Part shown: piece by piece, positions 60,958-64,000 of the stretch
Layout of the letters: every line of letters begins with the position of its first letter
Position numbering within the stretch: position 1 is the first letter of the stretch
The notes under the pieces: generated by a model
Database searches by the model: none
Seen by the model: the letters and a program-made list of their open reading frames with translations, nothing else
Told to the model about the DNA's origin: nothing
DNA from: Chiloscyllium plagiosum
Taxonomy: Eukaryota
Reading direction: 5' to 3'
Length of the DNA: 64,000 nt
Assembly: GCF_004010195.1 (NCBI RefSeq)
Contig: NC_057718.1
Location: 98,779,794-98,843,793, forward strand
Position numbers and translations under genes: made by a program

Positions 60958-61472
60958 AGTCATAGAGTCATAGAGATGTACAGCACGGAAACAGCTCGGT
61001 CCAACTCGTCCATGCCGACCAGATATCGCAACCCAATCTAGTCCCCCCTGCCAGCACTCGGCCCATATCCCTCCAAACCCTTCCTATTCATATACCCATC
61101 CAAATGCCTTTAAATGTTGCAATTGTACCAGCCTCTACCACTTCCTCTGGCAGCTCATTCCATACACATACTATCCTCTGTGTGAAAAAGGTGCCCCTTA
61201 GATGTCTTTTATATCTTTCCCCTCTCACCCTAAACCTATGCCCTCTAGTTCTGGACTCCCCGACCCCAAGGAAAAGACTTTGTCTATTTATCCTATCCAT
61301 GCCCCTCATGATTTTGTAAACCTCTATAAGGTCACACCCCAGCCTCCGATGCTCCAGGGAAAACAGCCCCAGCCTATTCAATCTCTCCCTATAGCTCAAA
61401 TCTTTCAACCCTGGCAACATCCTTGTCAGTCTTTTCTGAACCCTTTCAAGTTTCACAACATCTTTCTGATAG
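60958..61472 (-). mobile_element. HER1-like CR1 3' end, young
   Basis: ORF 61088-61483 KDVVKLERVQKRLTRMLPGL..FFTQRIVCVWNELPEEVV; (ctatgact)n tail. Confidence 0.95.
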
Positions 61473-61642
61473 GTGTCCTGCATTTGGATGCATCAGATCA
61501 TGAGGTGACGTTTGGAGATACTTACATTGGGAATTAGCTGACTTTGAGTTAGATCTGTCCCCTTATAGCTTTATTGTTAGTTGTATGTGGATTGTGGTTA
61601 ATTTTACAATTACATTGTATTATGATGGAGAGCATTAATTAT

Positions 61643-61897
61643 GGGGCTTTTGTGCCATGGTGGTAGTATCCCTACTTATGAGCAAAGAGGCCCAGCTTCA
61701 AGTCCCACCTGCTCCAGAGGCATTGTAATAACACCTCTAAACAAATTACTTAGAAAAAAAAGAGAACAAGAGTGTTGGGAGGGCCCTTGTGGTGCAGTGG
61801 TAGCGTCCCTACCTCTGAGCCAGAGGCCTGGGTCAAAGCCCTACCTGTTCCAGAGGTGTATGATCACATTTCTGAGCAGCTTGATTAGGAAAATATC
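61643..61897 (+). mobile_element. Two adjacent short SINEs (family D): 61643-61757 and 61781-61897
   Basis: Both carry ggtag..tccctac.t.tgag..caag.ccc.acctg.tccagagg..ttag.aaa; another copy lies at 62597-62702. Confidence 0.8.
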
Positions 61898-62850
61898 CAG
61901 AAGGCATTGGTTTGGTTGCTACTTAAGCACATATGAAGAGACGCTTAGTGACATACGATGATGGTAGTTGAAATGGAGAATGTAATGTTTCTCTTTGTAA
62001 ATAAATTTAAAGAGAGTAAAGATTGGCACTAGTTTCACCCTTCACCAATTGGTAATCAGGAAAATATCAACGATACTTCAAATAGTCAAAGCTGGAGCTG
62101 GGATTTAAACGTTTGTGTTGGAAATTTATTTGTAACTTAGCCTTTTAATTTTTGTTCACTGAAATGCACACTCAGACCTCATGATAATACAATCCTTGGG
62201 TTCCATATTGTGACACTCCACAGAGGTGAGACCATGTTATTCCATAAGCAATAATCTGCATGTTACTACTGAACCACAATGAAATTGGCATAGAGGAAGT
62301 AAGATCAGAGAGTTGGATGTGTGGCTCAAAGATTGGCATGGAAGAGATGGGTTTTGATTCATGGGACACTGGCACCAATAGTGAGGGAGTATGGAACTGT
62401 ACCATCTGTATCGCGCTAGGACCGGTGTACTGGAAAACTGTGTAACAAAGGTTAAACCATGGACTTTTAGCAAAGTAGTAGGTAAGAGTACAGTGGAAGG
62501 TTCAAGTGAGGGATGATTTGTTAAGTTTAGAAGAAAGGCATTAGTCTATTGTAGTGATGCAGGCAAAGATAACCAGAGTACAACAGGAAGGAGGTACTTG
62601 TGGCCCAGTAGTAATATCCCTCCCTTTGGGCCATGTGTTCAAGTCCCACCAGCACCAGAGGCATACAATAACACCTCTGAGCAGGCGAATTAGAAAATAT
62701 CTACAACGGTACAGAGTATAGAAACATGAATGCACCAGCAAATAAGGTCAGAGTAGGGAGCATTTGGAAAAAGATAAAATTAGAGTCTTTTTTAATATCT
62801 GAATGCACTTATAACAAGGGAGATGACTTGATAGTACAAATAGTTATATA

Positions 62851-63195
62851 GGAGGCCCAGTGGTTAGCACTGCTGCCTCACAGTGCCAGGGACCTGGGTT
62901 TGATTCCTCCCTCGGGCGATTGTCTGTGTGGAGTTTGCACATTCTCCCCGTGTCTGCGTGGGTTTCCTCCGGGAGCTCCAGTTTCCTCCCACAGTCCAAA
63001 GATGTGCAGGTTAGGTGAATTGGCCATGCTAAATTGCCCATAGTGTTCTGGGATGTGTAGGTTAGGTGCACTAATCAGAGGAAATGTAAAGTAATAGGGT
63101 TGGGGAATGGGTCTGGGGGGATACTCTTCGGAGGGTCAGTGAGGACTTGTTGAGCCAAATGGCCTCTTTCCACACTGTAGCGATTCTATGATTCT
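62851..63195 (+). mobile_element. HE1-like V-SINE, young
   Basis: Near-consensus V domain gtctgtgtggagtttgcacattctccccgtgtctgcgtgggtttcctccggg. Confidence 0.93.
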
Positions 63196-63529
63196 GAGTG
63201 TGATAAGATAACCATGATAGAGACATGGTTGCAAGGTGATTAAGAAAATATCTAGAAGGCATTGGTTTGGTTGCTACTTAAGCACATATAAAGAGCTGCT
63301 TGTCTCTTTATATGTTGGGATCTAAATATCCAAAGGTATTTTACACTTTGGAAGGACACAAAGAGCTGAAAAGGAGGGCTGGGTCACTCTGTTAATAAAG
63401 GATGAATTAGTTCAGTCATAAGAAATGGCGTTGGATTGGAGGAACATGTACAGAACCAGTTTGGATACAGATAAGAAACAGCAAATGAAATAATGATGCA
63501 AGTGGTTTCTAGCAGCCCCCCTGCCCCAC

Positions 63530-63852
63530 TCATGAGAGGCATAGATAGAGTGAATGCCACTCAGTCTTTTTCCCAGGATTGGAGAATTAAAGACTAGCGG
63601 GCATCAGTTTGAGGTAAGGGGGAAAGAATAAAAGGGAACCTGAGGGGCAACATTTTCACACAGAGGGTGGTACGCATGGAATGAGCTGCCAGCGGCAGTG
63701 GTTGGGGCGGGTACATTAATAACAGTTAAAAGGCATTTGGACAAATACGTGGATAGGAAAGGTTTAGAAGGAAATGGGCCAAGTGCAGGGACATGGGGTT
63801 AGTGTGGACGGACATTTTGGTCAGCATGTACCAGTTTGAGCTAAAGGGGCAG
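63530..63852 (+). mobile_element. HER1-like CR1 3' end
   Basis: tcatgagaggcatagatag..ttttcacacagagggtggtacg..ggaatgagctgcca. Confidence 0.85.
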
Positions 63853-64000
63853 TCTCTACTGTTGGACTCTAGACTTAATGACACTATGATTATTCAAATT
63901 GACAAAATTAGTCTGGAGGATGAGTTCACAGACTATATTTGGGATAGTTTCTTAGAACAACACATTCTAAAACCAATCAGAAATGGAGTATTATAGACCT

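Larger units (their letters stand above)
62250..64000 (+). mobile_element. Decayed CR1 LINE 5' part (ORF1 esterase end and ORF2 endonuclease) with nested SINEs and HER1
   Basis: RELDVWLKDWHGRDGF*FMGHWHQ (ORF1 SGNH-esterase-like), then YLNA..NKGDDL, ETWLQGD, WDLNIQ, LLIKDE and EDEFTDYIWDSFLEQHILKPIR (APE endonuclease-like). Confidence 0.75.

Overview
This is eukaryotic, repeat-rich genomic DNA. HE1/V-SINEs, HER1/CR1 LINEs and DeuSINEs point to a cartilaginous fish, probably a shark (inference). The only host coding sequence I can support is two small + strand exons of SNAP25: 35607-35678 (MADDADMRNELENMQQRADQVADE) and 39382-39423 (SLESTRRMLQLVEE). Both have canonical splice sites and the 72-nt and 42-nt coding lengths of vertebrate SNAP25 exons 2 and 3. 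I did not find exon 1 or exon 4, so most of the window is probably intron. Nearly all ORFs in the supplied track are decayed retroelement fragments or chance ORFs. The most interesting structure is a set of about 18 short (87-250 bp) non-coding Penelope-like inserts from several families. Many are flanked by 8-19 bp target-site duplications, fold into long hairpins with a 33-40 nt unpaired tail, and carry a minimal hammerhead-ribozyme core (CUGANGA - stem II - GAAA - palindromic stem III - NUH). One copy at 24101-24135 (- strand) looks complete. Also present: a GIY-YIG-bearing Penelope fragment, a three-level nested insertion, a non-autonomous Rex/Babar-like element with a 21-bp repeat, solo LTRs and a templated local duplication. 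Repeat-family names are recognised by eye, not from a database search, and the boundaries of old repeats are approximate.
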